This document shows positions 20,054 to 30,341 of a DNA stretch of 64,000 bases, piece after piece. Location of the stretch: contig CAWDPO010000017.1 of assembly GCA_963804165.1 (NCBI GenBank), forward strand, positions 64,001 to 128,000, given 5' to 3'. The DNA is from an uncultured delta proteobacterium (GTDB taxonomy: Bacteria; Desulfobacterota; Binatia; UBA9968). Each line of letters starts with the position of its first letter. The first letter of the stretch is position 1. The notes under the pieces are model-generated. The model saw only the letters and a program-made list of their open reading frames with translations. It was not told the origin of the DNA and made no database searches. The translations under genes and the position numbers were made by a program.

Positions 20054-20605
20054 TTAGGCGGCACCGCGAAAGTTGGGGCGTTTCTCTACCACCATGGTAC
20101 CCGCCTCGCTGTTGTAGCGGCCGCGCGGGATGTTCTCTAGATTTGTCCCAGTGACGCGGATGAAACGCCCGCCGGCGGGGTAGGCGATGGAGTGGATGGC
20201 GCGGTTCTGAAAGATGCCGGCCTGGCCGCGCTCCATGCGGTAGGTGTTCGCCTTTTCTATTGTCGCTTTGCCGGGAACGGAGCCGTCATCCGTACGCTTC
20301 CACTCGCTCATTTCGGTATGCTTGACCGCCTGGCCGTAAATTGCCCAGGAATCACCATGATCGTGGGGTCCGCCGGCATATTCCCGGTCCATGATATGCG
20401 CCAGGATCTGGAAGCCTAGCTCCGGGTCCTCATAGAGTAGATTGGCGCCGACGCTGGCGCTCGGCCCGCAATTGGCGGCGACGAAATCGTCGTTCATCAG
20501 CAAGTCCTGCAATCTTTTTCGCACCGTTTCGCGCCCCGCCGGACCTTGGTCGGCCTTGAGGATGCGACGGCAGTCGGCGGCGAACTCATCGAGCGTGTAA
20601 GCCAT
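20054..20605 (-). CDS. Cupin-fold protein (cysteine dioxygenase-like)
   Basis: PHDHGDSWAIYGQ…IHSI. Confidence 0.7.
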   Translation of the reverse strand: MAYTLDEFAADCRRILKADQGPAGRETVRKRLQDLLMNDDFVAANCGPSASVGANLLYEDPELGFQILAHIMDREYAGGPHDHGDSWAIYGQAVKHTEMSEWKRTDDGSVPGKATIEKANTYRMERGQAGIFQNRAIHSIAYPAGGRFIRVTGTNLENIPRGRYNSEAGTMVVEKRPNFRGAA

Positions 20606-20672
20606 GCTATTTCTCCTGACGTATCGGAAATTCAATCAACTTGTTTTCTGACGCGAGCTTTTCGTGATTTAC

Positions 20673-22192
20673 TTAGCCTTTGATTTTCATTTCCGAGGCA
20701 AGAATCTTACCGTCCGGTGAGCCCTTCCAGATCACGTTTCGCGTCACACCATAAAGTTCCGCGAGCGTATACAGCGGCGCGAACGGCACGTCTTCCATGA
20801 GAATGCGGCCCGCCTGATGCAGAATCGCGATGCGCTTCTTGTGATCGCCGGTGCGTTGTTCCTCGTCGATGAGCTTGTCGAATTCCGGATTGTTGTAGTT
20901 GATGCGCTTGGAACCGCCGGTGCGAAAGTATTGTTCGAAATAGACATCGGCGTCGCTGCCATTGCTGCCGGCGTAGTAGAACGGCAACTTGCCGCCGTTG
21001 ACGCCGTCCTTGCCCCAGTAGATGGCGTACTCTTGCGGCACCAGCTCGGCTTTGATGCCGACCTTGCCCAACTGATCGGCGATCACCTCGCAAACCTCCC
21101 TGCCTTTGAGGTGGCGGTCCGGCGCAAGATAGAGCTTGGTCTCAGTCCGTTCGGATAACCGGCTTTGGCCAGCAGCTCGCGCGCTTTTTTCGGGTCGTAA
21201 GGATAGCGCTTGATCTTGGGGTCGAAGCCCACCCAATTCGAGCCCAGCGGGCCGTTCACCACCGCGCCGTGGCCGTCGTAGATGTGCTTCAACATGACGT
21301 GGGGATCGAGGGCGTAGTTGATCGCCTGGCGCAGGAGCTTGTTGTCGAAAGGTTTCATCGTCACATTCATGCCGAGAAAATACATGCGAAAGCCGACTAC
21401 CTCCTGAAGCCGAACGCGCGGATGCTTGGCGATGCGGTCGACGTCTTCGATGGGCACATTGCTGATGAGATCGGCTTGCCCGGCCAACAGTCCCGCCACG
21501 CGCGCCGCTTCTTCCTTGACGCCTTTGATAATGACCTCGCGGATTGGCGGCTTGGCGCCCCAGTAATCGTCATTGCGCCGCAGCACCAGGTTGCCGCCGC
21601 GCTGCCAGCTCACGTATTTGTAGGGTCCCGTACCCGCCGTGGCGCTGTCCAAATCATCGCCGTATTCCTTCGAGAGAATAAACCGAGTCTCCAGCCTGGT
21701 GGGCAAAAGCGCATTGGGCGCCTTGGTCGTAAGAACAGCCGTGTAATCGTCGGGCGTTTCCACCTCGACGCCTTGCACGTAGGCGCCCTGCAGGCTGCGC
21801 TTGTCGTTCTGCAATTTGTCGATGGAGTAGGCGACGTCTTTCGAGGTAAACGGCGCGCCGTTATGAAAACGCACACCTTTGCGCAAATGAAAAATCCACT
21901 TGCGCCCCTGAAACTCCCACGACTGAGCGAGCACGCCGACATATTCATTGCGGGCATAATCCATCTGGATCAGCGGCTCGATGATGTGGCGCCAGATGCC
22001 CGTGATGCCGCCGCCGCTGTAACCGTAGGGATGGAGCGAGTCCAGACTGACGCCTTGATAAATGACAATGCGATCTTTAGTTACCGCCCACGCCTTTGGA
22101 GCCAAGGCAGGCGCGAAGAGGGTTCCCAATCCTAGAGCTGCGCTCTGTCGCAAGAATCGGCGCCGATCGATCGCTGTGCCATGTCTACGCAT
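20673..22192 (-). pseudogene. Family 5 (peptide/nickel) ABC SBP with Tat signal, one frameshift near 21140
   Basis: DRRRFL Tat motif, HLRKGVRFHNG, GTGPYK, YDPKKARELL; continues in ORF 20673..21236. Confidence 0.85.
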
Positions 22193-22499
22193 TGAAGTTC
22201 TCCCGCGCTGAAATTGAGCCCGTTATATTCAGGCCGCGACGAACCTGTCAATGAAATTCCACTAGGTCTTAAGGATCGTGGATGCCTTGGAAAGCAGCGC
22301 TCGGCCCGCTGGGGTTCGATCGCTCAACAAGTTTTCGGATATCTATCAGACTCGGCTCGAATAGATGAATCGACCGATCTAGGTGCGCGTTGTGCACCGG
22401 GGCAGCCCACTCCGCTTCGGTAAAAAGCAAGTCCAGTGTAAAACTTTTACCTGTAGACTTTCTTCCTTTTGTTTCGCTCCCGCACACGCACTTTTGAAT

Positions 22500-23705
22500 T
22501 CAACTCCACAACTTCTTGCTCGCGATCGCCGCGCCGTCGCGCAGGGCGCGCAGCTTGGCCCAGGCGATTTGCGGATGGACGCGGCCGCCTAGGCCGCAGT
22601 CGGTGCCGGCGATGACGTTTTCCCGGCCGACGATTTCAGCGAACGTGATGATGCGATCGGCCACCAGTTCCGGGTGCTCGACGAGATCGGTGGAGTGGCT
22701 GACGACGCCGGGGATGAGGATTTTTCCGGCGGGGAGTTTCACGTCGCGCCAGACTTTGAATTCATGTTCGTGACGGACGTTGCCGGCTTCGACCAAGTAC
22801 GCCTGGGCGTTGACACGGAGCATGACGTCGACGATGTCGCGCAGCGGAAAATCGGTGGTGTGCGGACCATGCCAGCTGCCCCAGCAGATGTGATAGCGCA
22901 CGCGATCGACCGGGATGCCTTCGAGGGCGTGATTCAGAATTTCAACCCGCTGCGACGCGTAGCGCCGGTACTCCTCGACGCTTGGCTGGGGATCGAGCAT
23001 GTCCCAGGCGCCGGGAAGACCGGGGTCGTCGAGCTGGAGGATGAAGCCGGCGTCGACGATGGCGCGATACTCTTCGCGCATCGCATCGGCAATCGCTTCC
23101 AAGAATTTCTCGGTGGTCGCATAGTAACTGTTCTGATCGCGGCAGAACATCTCCAGGCTGCCGGGCGCGATGGCGCTGACGAAGGCCTCTTCGACGCCGG
23201 CGGCGTTGGCGGCGAGCTTCAAGTTGACGAGCTGGTCGCGCAGAAACTGTTGCGCGGTGTAAGCGATCGGGCCGGTGCAGGTCGGGCGCAGCGCGGCGGT
23301 GCTGGGCGCACCCAAGCCGGTGTCGGCGTAAAATTCGGCGAACTCGCGCTGCTCCCAGCGCACGCCGACGATGCGCATCGGCGCGCCGGGTTTAGCAGTA
23401 TCGGGTGCAATGGTCTGTGCCGAAGTCGGCGTGAAGCCGGAGACGCGGTCGAAGATGTAATTGCCCCAAGCGCCCCGGTCGGTGGACGCGCGCATGGGTT
23501 TGCCGAACTCGCCGTCGTTGGGAATATCGATGCCCATGTCTTTCTGCGTGCGCACGACTTCACCGATGGCCGAGCGCAGCCGCGTTTGCAGCGCCGCTTC
23601 GTCCTCCGCCGTGACGGTTTTTTTCGCCCACATGGCGCGCAAGTCCGCCGGCCGCGGCAGGCTGCCGACATGGGTGGTAAGAATGCGTTCAGTGCTTCGT
23701 TTCAT
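22500..23705 (-). CDS. Cobalamin-independent methionine synthase II family (MetE C-domain-like)
   Basis: TTHVGSLPRP, HICWG and TDCGLG zinc motifs. Confidence 0.9.
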   Translation of the reverse strand: MKRSTERILTTHVGSLPRPADLRAMWAKKTVTAEDEAALQTRLRSAIGEVVRTQKDMGIDIPNDGEFGKPMRASTDRGAWGNYIFDRVSGFTPTSAQTIAPDTAKPGAPMRIVGVRWEQREFAEFYADTGLGAPSTAALRPTCTGPIAYTAQQFLRDQLVNLKLAANAAGVEEAFVSAIAPGSLEMFCRDQNSYYATTEKFLEAIADAMREEYRAIVDAGFILQLDDPGLPGAWDMLDPQPSVEEYRRYASQRVEILNHALEGIPVDRVRYHICWGSWHGPHTTDFPLRDIVDVMLRVNAQAYLVEAGNVRHEHEFKVWRDVKLPAGKILIPGVVSHSTDLVEHPELVADRIITFAEIVGRENVIAGTDCGLGGRVHPQIAWAKLRALRDGAAIASKKLWS

Positions 23706-23904
23706 AACGAAGGCGGTTCCAATGGTTCCAGACGTTTCAATCGTTCCAATTGTAAGGCCGGGGAGGTCTCCAATATTACGAATAAGTGATTTCTCGAGCT
23801 GAAGCGAGCAGAGTTCCTGACGGTTGCCTCATCCTGAGGATTTGAGTGGGCGTTCTGAGATCAAATCTTGACTCAAGGACTTGGCCTCGTGAGCTTTCGA
23901 ATCT

Positions 23905-24997
23905 TCAGATTCCGTAGAATCGTCTGGGATTGTCGGAAAGAATTTTTCGTTTTACCTGTGGATCGAGGCCCTCCATCGCTTTGAACCGGGAAATCGCGTT
24001 GAGTTCGCTAGAGGTATCGCCATGGCCGTAGTCGGTACCGATAACCAGATTTTCCTCGCCCGCGTAAGAGATCACATAAGAAAAGTCGTCATCGGTCTGG
24101 GTTGAAACATAAATCCCGTAGTCGCGGAAGCAGTTCATCGAGACCGGGTGTTCGCTTCCCAAGGAGCGCCGCACGGCTTCGTGAACGACCCAGGGCACCC
24201 ACTGGCTCGATGTCTCGATGAAACCCCAACGCAGCTTCGCGAAGACGCGCGGTATCTCGCTCATGATCAGCGCGTAGCACGCGGTGACTGTCGGGACTCG
24301 AAATGTCGAGAAACCACCGCCGGCTTCGTTGTTCAGCAATTTGAACAGGTCGGGATTGCCGTTGGCAATGTGCACGGTCACCGGAATGTCGAGTCGCTGC
24401 GGCCTCGTCATAGATTGGATAATAAAATGGGTCCGTCATCAGCTTGCCCCTTTCGAAGGGGCGTACGCAGACGCCGACGGCGCCATGTTCCTTGGCGAAG
24501 CGAATTTGCGGCGCGGCTTCGCTCGGGGTCAATGCCGGAACGACGCAGGTCCAGCGCAAGCGGTTCTCGCCGAGTTTCCAGACATCCGCCAGCCAGCGGT
24601 TCCAGCTCCAACAGAGCGCGATCTCCACTTCGGGGTGGCGCGTGAGCGGCCGGAGCCAGAGCGAGTTGTAGAGCACTTGCACATCGATTCCCAACGCATC
24701 CATGTGTCTCAGCCGCTGGCTCACATCGCTAAGCTCCCGGGCTTGCACCGGAGTGGCCACTTCCCGGCCGAATCTTTTGACATGCTCTTCGGATTGCTTC
24801 TCGTTGGGCGAGGGAAACTTGGGGCCGAGATCCTCGCCGTCGAGAACCCAATGCTGGCGCTCGGGATTGTCCGGCTCGGCCACTAACGTAGGGCGATATT
24901 TTTCCTCGCTGGCCTCGAGATAATCCCATACTCGCTCGTTCTCTACCACGTGCGCGTCGGCGTCGATCACGTCCGTTTTTACATTCGGCGTTAACAT
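23905..24997 (-). pseudogene. Amidohydrolase_2 family protein, one frameshift near 24400
   Basis: DADAH in ORF 24089..25069 and GTDYGH in ORF 23905..24411. Confidence 0.85.
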
Positions 24998-25043
24998 GGG
25001 ATCTCCGTCGGCAAAAGCATTACCCAACATAGGCCGTTCGATC

Positions 25044-25687
25044 CTAGGCCGTCTTGGCAAACCCTTCATTCACTTCTTTCTCGTAGGCGAGCAGCTTCTT
25101 GACGCTCGGGCGCTCCTGCATGCGCTTGAAATGCGCCATGACGCTGGGGAAGCCTGAGATGTCCACCTCCAACTGGGTGGCGCGGCGGCAGCACCAAAAG
25201 AAATGCGCGTCCGGGGCGGTGAAATGGTCGAAGAAGTACTCACGCCCGACCAGCATATCGTCGCCGATCCGGAAGTTCTCGTACAGAGCTTCCGTGGCGA
25301 ACTTGATCACGCTGTCGGACGCGCCCGTTGCGTCGCAGACTTTGGGCGGGTTGTTGATCCGGCTCAGATACGGGTGAATGCCGCTGGCACACCAGCCGTG
25401 CAGCGAGATCGCTTGCAACTCGTCCCACGGATCGGCGGGCAGGATCTTCGCGTCTGGAAAGGTCCGATGGACCCATTGATGGATGGCGACGTTCTCGGTC
25501 AGGATCTTGCCGTCGACCACGAGCAAGGGACCTTGTGCTTCGGGTTGATCTTCAGATACTCGGGCGACAAATTCTGCCGCTTGCGGTAATTGAGCGGGCG
25601 GACCTCGAAGTCGGCGCCCGCCTCGGTCAAGGTGACATAGGGAGCGAGCGCGCAGGTGTTGGGGGCGTAATAAAGAACAATTTCCAT
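25044..25687 (-). pseudogene. Glutathione S-transferase (beta class-like), one frameshift near 25530
   Basis: LYYAPNTCAL…INPKHKVP then LTENVAI…FTAPD…ERPSV. Confidence 0.85.
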
Positions 25688-25829
25688 TCACGTCTCCTCA
25701 TTGGGTTGATTGATCAATTGCGAATCTAGTACCCGCGTGTGGTGAGTGCAACCCATCCAAGAGCGCAACGAAGCAGAGGTACGTTGCAACCAAGTTGAGG
25801 GAATTCTGCCAGCTTTAGATCTGATCAAG

Positions 25830-26262
25830 CAAATATCCGCCAGTCACCGTTTACTTCCACACGACTTGATCACCGACGGCACGATCTCTAAGGGCAGATC
25901 TTTTTCCGCTTTCCAAAAACTATGCACGCCCGGCGCCGAAACGGGTGATGCCGCTTTTCGGCGCGGGTTTCATGGCGCGGAAGCCGGGCATGATCACTTC
26001 GGCGTAGACTTCCGGACTGTGGTCACGGCTGTCTTTGGAAATCTCGAAGAGAAACGGCGGCACAGGTTTTACGTTCGCGCCTGATAGTTCGCGGGTGTGG
26101 CCGATGAAGTGATTGACCAGCGCATCGGTTTCATCTTGGTTCATTTTGAATCTTGCCGCACTCACGCGCGCGCCCTCGGCAAGAGAATCGGTAATGTTGT
26201 GCGTGACGATATATGCGGCCTTTGAACTGCGTCCGGTTCTTTGCTTTCTCCCACGGTTCGAA
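25830..26262 (-). pseudogene. Degraded ~430 bp copy of the 3' part of the 27380..28745 gene
   Basis: ITDSLAEGARVSAAR…PPFLFEISKDSRDHSPEVY…, high DNA identity to about 27385-27814 with indels. Confidence 0.9.
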
Positions 26263-26415
26263 AACATGCGAAACCGTTGAAGTGGCCAGGTCTTCCAACG
26301 CGCGACCCCATCAATCCATCACGTAACCCTGCTGCCGTACAACTTCCCGCTTACTTCCGTATAGAGTCTGCTGAAACTCGGCACACCCGAAAACACTCGG
26401 ACCCTCTCTCGGGGG

Positions 26416-26446
26416 TTGACAAACGTGTCATCCTTTGTCCTATAAT
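26416..26446 (+). promoter_or_regulatory. Consensus sigma70 hexamers with 19 bp spacer
   Basis: TTGACA-AACGTGTCATCCTTTGTCC-TATAAT; TGACA-N4-TGTCA palindrome overlaps the -35. Confidence 0.65.
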
Positions 26447-26483
26447 GACTTCGGTTTCATACTGACATTCCAGGGGGCGTACC

Positions 26484-26654
26484 ATGGTCAAAGACAAGGA
26501 ACTGACCGAGCTCCAATCAATCAATGCCAAGATGGCGAAACTCTCACGGAAGATTTTGAGCGACCCGTATGATTCGCACAGGACGGAACAGCTCAAAGAG
26601 CTCTCCGAGCTAAGAGAATCGGCCAGGCTACTACGCAACAATCGACTGCCCTGA
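26484..26654 (+). CDS. 56 aa small helical protein, absent from the ORF track
   Basis: MVKDKELTELQSINAKMAKLSRKILSDPYDSHRTEQLKELSELRESARLLRNNRLP*; AGGGGG RBS; downstream of the promoter. Confidence 0.6.
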   Translation: MVKDKELTELQSINAKMAKLSRKILSDPYDSHRTEQLKELSELRESARLLRNNRLP

Positions 26655-26701
26655 CCGGCAACAGGGAGTGATGCCGGTTCGGGGCAGTGAAGGAGGGGGC
26701 G

Positions 26702-27019
26702 TTACTCCCCTCCGAGCAGGAATTCAGTGACGTAGTGGTGTTGGAAATGTAGCTTCTGCTCCCGCACCTGACTTTTCCCCGTAGGGTCTTCATCGCACGG
26801 TCCATAGTAGTCGATGACATCTCCCGCCTGCGCACTTTTCAGTGCGGGATCGTTACTAGCCAAACTCTTACCTTCTATCGCCGGAAACTTTTCATGACAG
26901 TAACTGCCCGTGGAAAGTACGTCTTCGCTAATGACGCCGTCAGCGGCTAACGCTGTCACACCCACTGCGACGTTACCTAAAAAGATCAGAGCAGCTAATA
27001 GTGATTTTGTGTTTTTCAT
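26702..27019 (-). CDS. Small secreted protein with two Cys
   Basis: AGGAGG RBS, signal peptide ending ALA-AD, YCHEKFPAI…YGPCD. Confidence 0.75.
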   Translation of the reverse strand: MKNTKSLLAALIFLGNVAVGVTALAADGVISEDVLSTGSYCHEKFPAIEGKSLASNDPALKSAQAGDVIDYYGPCDEDPTGKSQVREQKLHFQHHYVTEFLLGGE

Positions 27020-27059
27020 TGGGTTCACCTCCTTTCGTGTTTGTTGAAAAACTTTATGC

Positions 27060-27075
27060 GCAAGCGATATGCCAA
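27060..27075 (-). promoter_or_regulatory. Sigma54 (-24/-12) promoter
   Basis: Minus strand TTGGCATATCGCTTGC fits GG-N10-GC, about 40 bp upstream of the ATG at 27019. Confidence 0.7.
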
Positions 27076-27379
27076 GTAACTCTGATCTTGAGAAAGCGCT
27101 TATGGATCGCGGAAGTTCGGAAACTTATGGTGCCAGGGGAGGTGGAGCGCGGCTAGTGACAGGAAAAAAGGCGCCGAATGTTCGACAGATGTCGAATGAC
27201 AGGCGTTTACATCGAACCGAGAATGCGGTGGAGTGCGCCGGTTGCAGACCGCGAAATTGAGCAACCGGCGCTCAATGAGTTCGAAACTTATTCAAAATTA
27301 TTTTAGAGCTCAGGTCTTGCAATGACACTTAACGGACAACAGTCATGGCGCTAATGCGTGCTGCATGCGCTCGTCTGGG

Positions 27380-28745
27380 CTAAACAAAATAGCCGCCGGT
27401 TACCGCCTGATTCCACGACTTGATCACCGACGGTACTATACCCACGGACAAATCTTTTTCCGCTTTCCAGAAACTGTGCACGCCGGCGCCAAAGCGGGTG
27501 ATGGCGATCTTGGGCGCGGGCCTCATGGCGCGGAAGCCGGGCATGATCACTTCTTCGTAGACTTCCGGACTGTGGTCGCGGCTGTCTTTGGAAATCTCGA
27601 AGAGAAACGGCGGGACGGGTTTTACGTTCGCGCCTGACAGTTCGCGCGTGTAGCCGACGAAGCGGTTGACGAGCGCGTCTGTTTCGTCTTGATTCATTTT
27701 TAGCCTGGCAGCGCTGACCCGCGCGCCTTCGGCGAGCGAATCGGTGATGGCGTGTGTGACAATATATTCGGCCTTGAACTGGGGCCGGTTCTTGGCCTTT
27801 TCCCACGCTTCGAGAATGTCTTCCATGATCGCCGGCAGCCGCATCAGCGCCGCCGGTCCTTCCTGGCCGAGCGCTTCCGGTCCCTGGTAGCGCGCCAGGT
27901 CGCGCCAGGTGCGGATGTAGAGTTCGTTGAACGGGTCGGTGCGGCCCTTGCCTTGCTTTTCAACTTTCTCGTAGCCGCTGATCTTGCCCATATCGCCGCC
28001 CCACAAATCGCGACTGCCCGAGAGATAACCGAACGGTGAATGCTCGGTGGCGCAGACGCCGGCCATGTTGGGAATCCGTTGCGATAACATGCAGACAAAC
28101 GGCCCGCCGGTCGAGTGACCCTGGCCGTAGACGGAAAACTCCTTCTCGGGAAAATGGCGCCGACAGGCTTCGATCATGCCTTCTTCAAATGCCGCGGGCC
28201 AAGCCGCCATGCGATACCAGAAATTAGTATTCGGGCTTCGCGCGCGCGAGGGTGCGCGTGCCGTAACGATTGCGTTTCGAAGGATCTTTCACGATCTCGT
28301 ACTCAGCCGGCGCAATCACTTCGCCCTGTTTCCATATCGGCGTGCGCACGGTGCCGTCGCCGTGAATCGTATCATCGGGCCAATCGCGACTCGCATCGGG
28401 AAAATAAAATCTGCCCGGGAACGTTCCCGCGATCACGCGAAAGCCAAATTTACTGGCGAGCATTTTCGCGTGTCGCTCGATGCCCTTGAAGTCGCCGGAG
28501 CCGCCGTGCAGCAAGAAGAATCCGGCCTTCTTGCCGTCGGCGCCGATGGGGATTCGGCTCGCGTCTACGGGCTCGTGCACCACCATGCCGAGATCCCAGT
28601 CCATGCCCAAAACGTTGATGCGAAAAATATCCTCGGTGCTCTTTATCGGAACGTCGGCCATGCCGAGAACTTCCTCGGTGTCTTTGATGCATTGCTCGCG
28701 AGTCACAAACTCAGGGGGTTGCCAGTTAGAATTCAAATTGGCCAT
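27380..28745 (-). pseudogene. Uncharacterised alpha/beta-hydrolase-like protein, frameshift near 28225
   Basis: LLHGGSG in ORF 28224..28853 and GHSTG nucleophile elbow in ORF 27380..28210. Confidence 0.7.
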
Positions 28746-28842
28746 TTTCATTCTCCTTAATACAGTTTCTTTTACTAACGCAGGTGAAGGCGTGTCAACC
28801 AGCGATAAAGTTACCAGCGGGGTGCCGAAAACGCCCAAGGAG

Positions 28843-28922
28843 TCCTTCGACAATGCTCAGGACGAACGAGGGGTTTGAAATCGTGGATGATTTTCCGTTC
28901 TGCTGAGCATGTCGAAGCATGA
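28843..28922. repeat. REP-like palindrome pair
   Basis: TCCTTCGACAATGCTCAGGACGAACG…CGTTCTGCTGAGCATGTCGAAG. Confidence 0.65.
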
Positions 28923-29086
28923 GGGTCTCGAAGCATTCCTAACGGTTTTTTCAGCATCCGGCTATTTCAAATTTCCGCTTTCCCGTTACCAGAAACTCGA
29001 AACTACAAACCCAAAAACTATTTCGTCGCGCACTGGACAAAGCTGAAAAACGGCTAGAAAATTTGCGTTGCAAGGAGGAGCTCTAG

Positions 29087-30049
29087 ATGAAAGTGCTGAT
29101 TACCGGCGGCTTGGGCGTCAATGGCGCAGTTACGGCGCGTCTGATGACTCAGGACGGCTTGCGGCCGGTGCTCATGGACAACCGAATGGATCTGACTTTG
29201 ATGGGCGACATCAAGGATCAGGTCGATATCGTGATCGGCGATATATGCGATCGAGCGGCGTTGGAAAAAGCCGTCGATGATTTCGGCGTCACACACATCG
29301 CTCATCTCGCGGCGTTGATGCCGGAGCCGGCGGAAGCCGATCCGCGACTCGGGGTTAAAGTCGGGGTCGACGGGACGATCAATGTTTTGGAAGTCGCGCG
29401 GGCCAAAAATATCAAACGTGTGGTTTTTACCAGCTCCAAGGCGGCGTACGGTGAGATCACCGGCGAATACGCGCCGCCGACTTGCAAGCCCGTGCGCGAG
29501 GACTATCCGAAGCGGCCGGCGGATCTGTACGGTTCAATCAAAGTTTGCTGCGAGGAGCTGGGGCGTTACTACCGTGAGACATACGGTATCGAATTCATCG
29601 CCCTGCGCTTCGTGTCGATCTACGGTCCGGGAAAAGAAGCGCGCCACGGCCCGCTGTCATTTTATGGGCAATTGATCGAGAAGGCGCGCAGCGGCGAGAA
29701 ATGGCTGATTCCACAGGGCGGGGATCAGCTGAACGACGCAGTCTACGTCGGCGACGTGGGGCGTTCAGTTTATCTCGCGGTCAAGGCGCCGACGCCGAAC
29801 GAATGGACATTTAACATCGGTACGGGTAAGGCTTGGACGCCGCGTGATTTTTTGAACGCCGCGGCCAAATTGTTTCCGGAGCACAAAATCGAGCTCGGTC
29901 CCGGCCCGAGTAAATTGGGCAGAAGCAAACAAAGCTACTGCGTCTTCGATATTTCCGCGGCGGAAAAAAATATCGGTTATGAGCCGGCATACGATGTCAC
30001 GCGCGGCGTGCGCGACTATGTCGCGACCCTTGAGCGATTGGGACGATAG
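29087..30049 (+). CDS. NAD-dependent epimerase/dehydratase
   Basis: TGGLGVNG, TSS, YGSIK. Confidence 0.9.
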   Translation: MKVLITGGLGVNGAVTARLMTQDGLRPVLMDNRMDLTLMGDIKDQVDIVIGDICDRAALEKAVDDFGVTHIAHLAALMPEPAEADPRLGVKVGVDGTINVLEVARAKNIKRVVFTSSKAAYGEITGEYAPPTCKPVREDYPKRPADLYGSIKVCCEELGRYYRETYGIEFIALRFVSIYGPGKEARHGPLSFYGQLIEKARSGEKWLIPQGGDQLNDAVYVGDVGRSVYLAVKAPTPNEWTFNIGTGKAWTPRDFLNAAAKLFPEHKIELGPGPSKLGRSKQSYCVFDISAAEKNIGYEPAYDVTRGVRDYVATLERLGR

Positions 30050-30112
30050 GTTCGCGATGTAGCGCGGGTTGCGAGTTTGGTGCATTAAACTGAGGTCGTC
30101 GTCCGATGAGTT

Positions 30113-30243
30113 TTTCCTTCCCCCTCGACGGGGGAAGGTTAGGATGGGGGTGCTTTCGGATCCAGTGGCGAGTGGGTGCAATTCTCTGCTGATGGGGATA
30201 TCGCACCCCTACCTCATTCCTCCCCCGTCGAGGGGGGAAGGAG
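30113..30243. repeat. REP-like palindrome pair
   Basis: CCTTCCCCCTCGACGGGGGAAGGTTAGGATGGGGGTG…CACCCCTACCTCATTCCTCCCCCGTCGAGGGGGAAGG. Confidence 0.75.
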
Positions 30244-30341
30244 GTCGGATGGCGTTTTAGAAGCAGCATTATGAGCGCAAGCAATTTAAAATTTAGTTCA
30301 CTTATCGTTTAGAAATTTTCCAAACAACGGAGGAATAAACG

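Noticed and set aside
20673-28745. Programmed frameshifting in the split SBP, amidohydrolase, GST and hydrolase genes
   Set aside because: No shared slippery motif, and these families are not known to be recoded; indel error is simpler.
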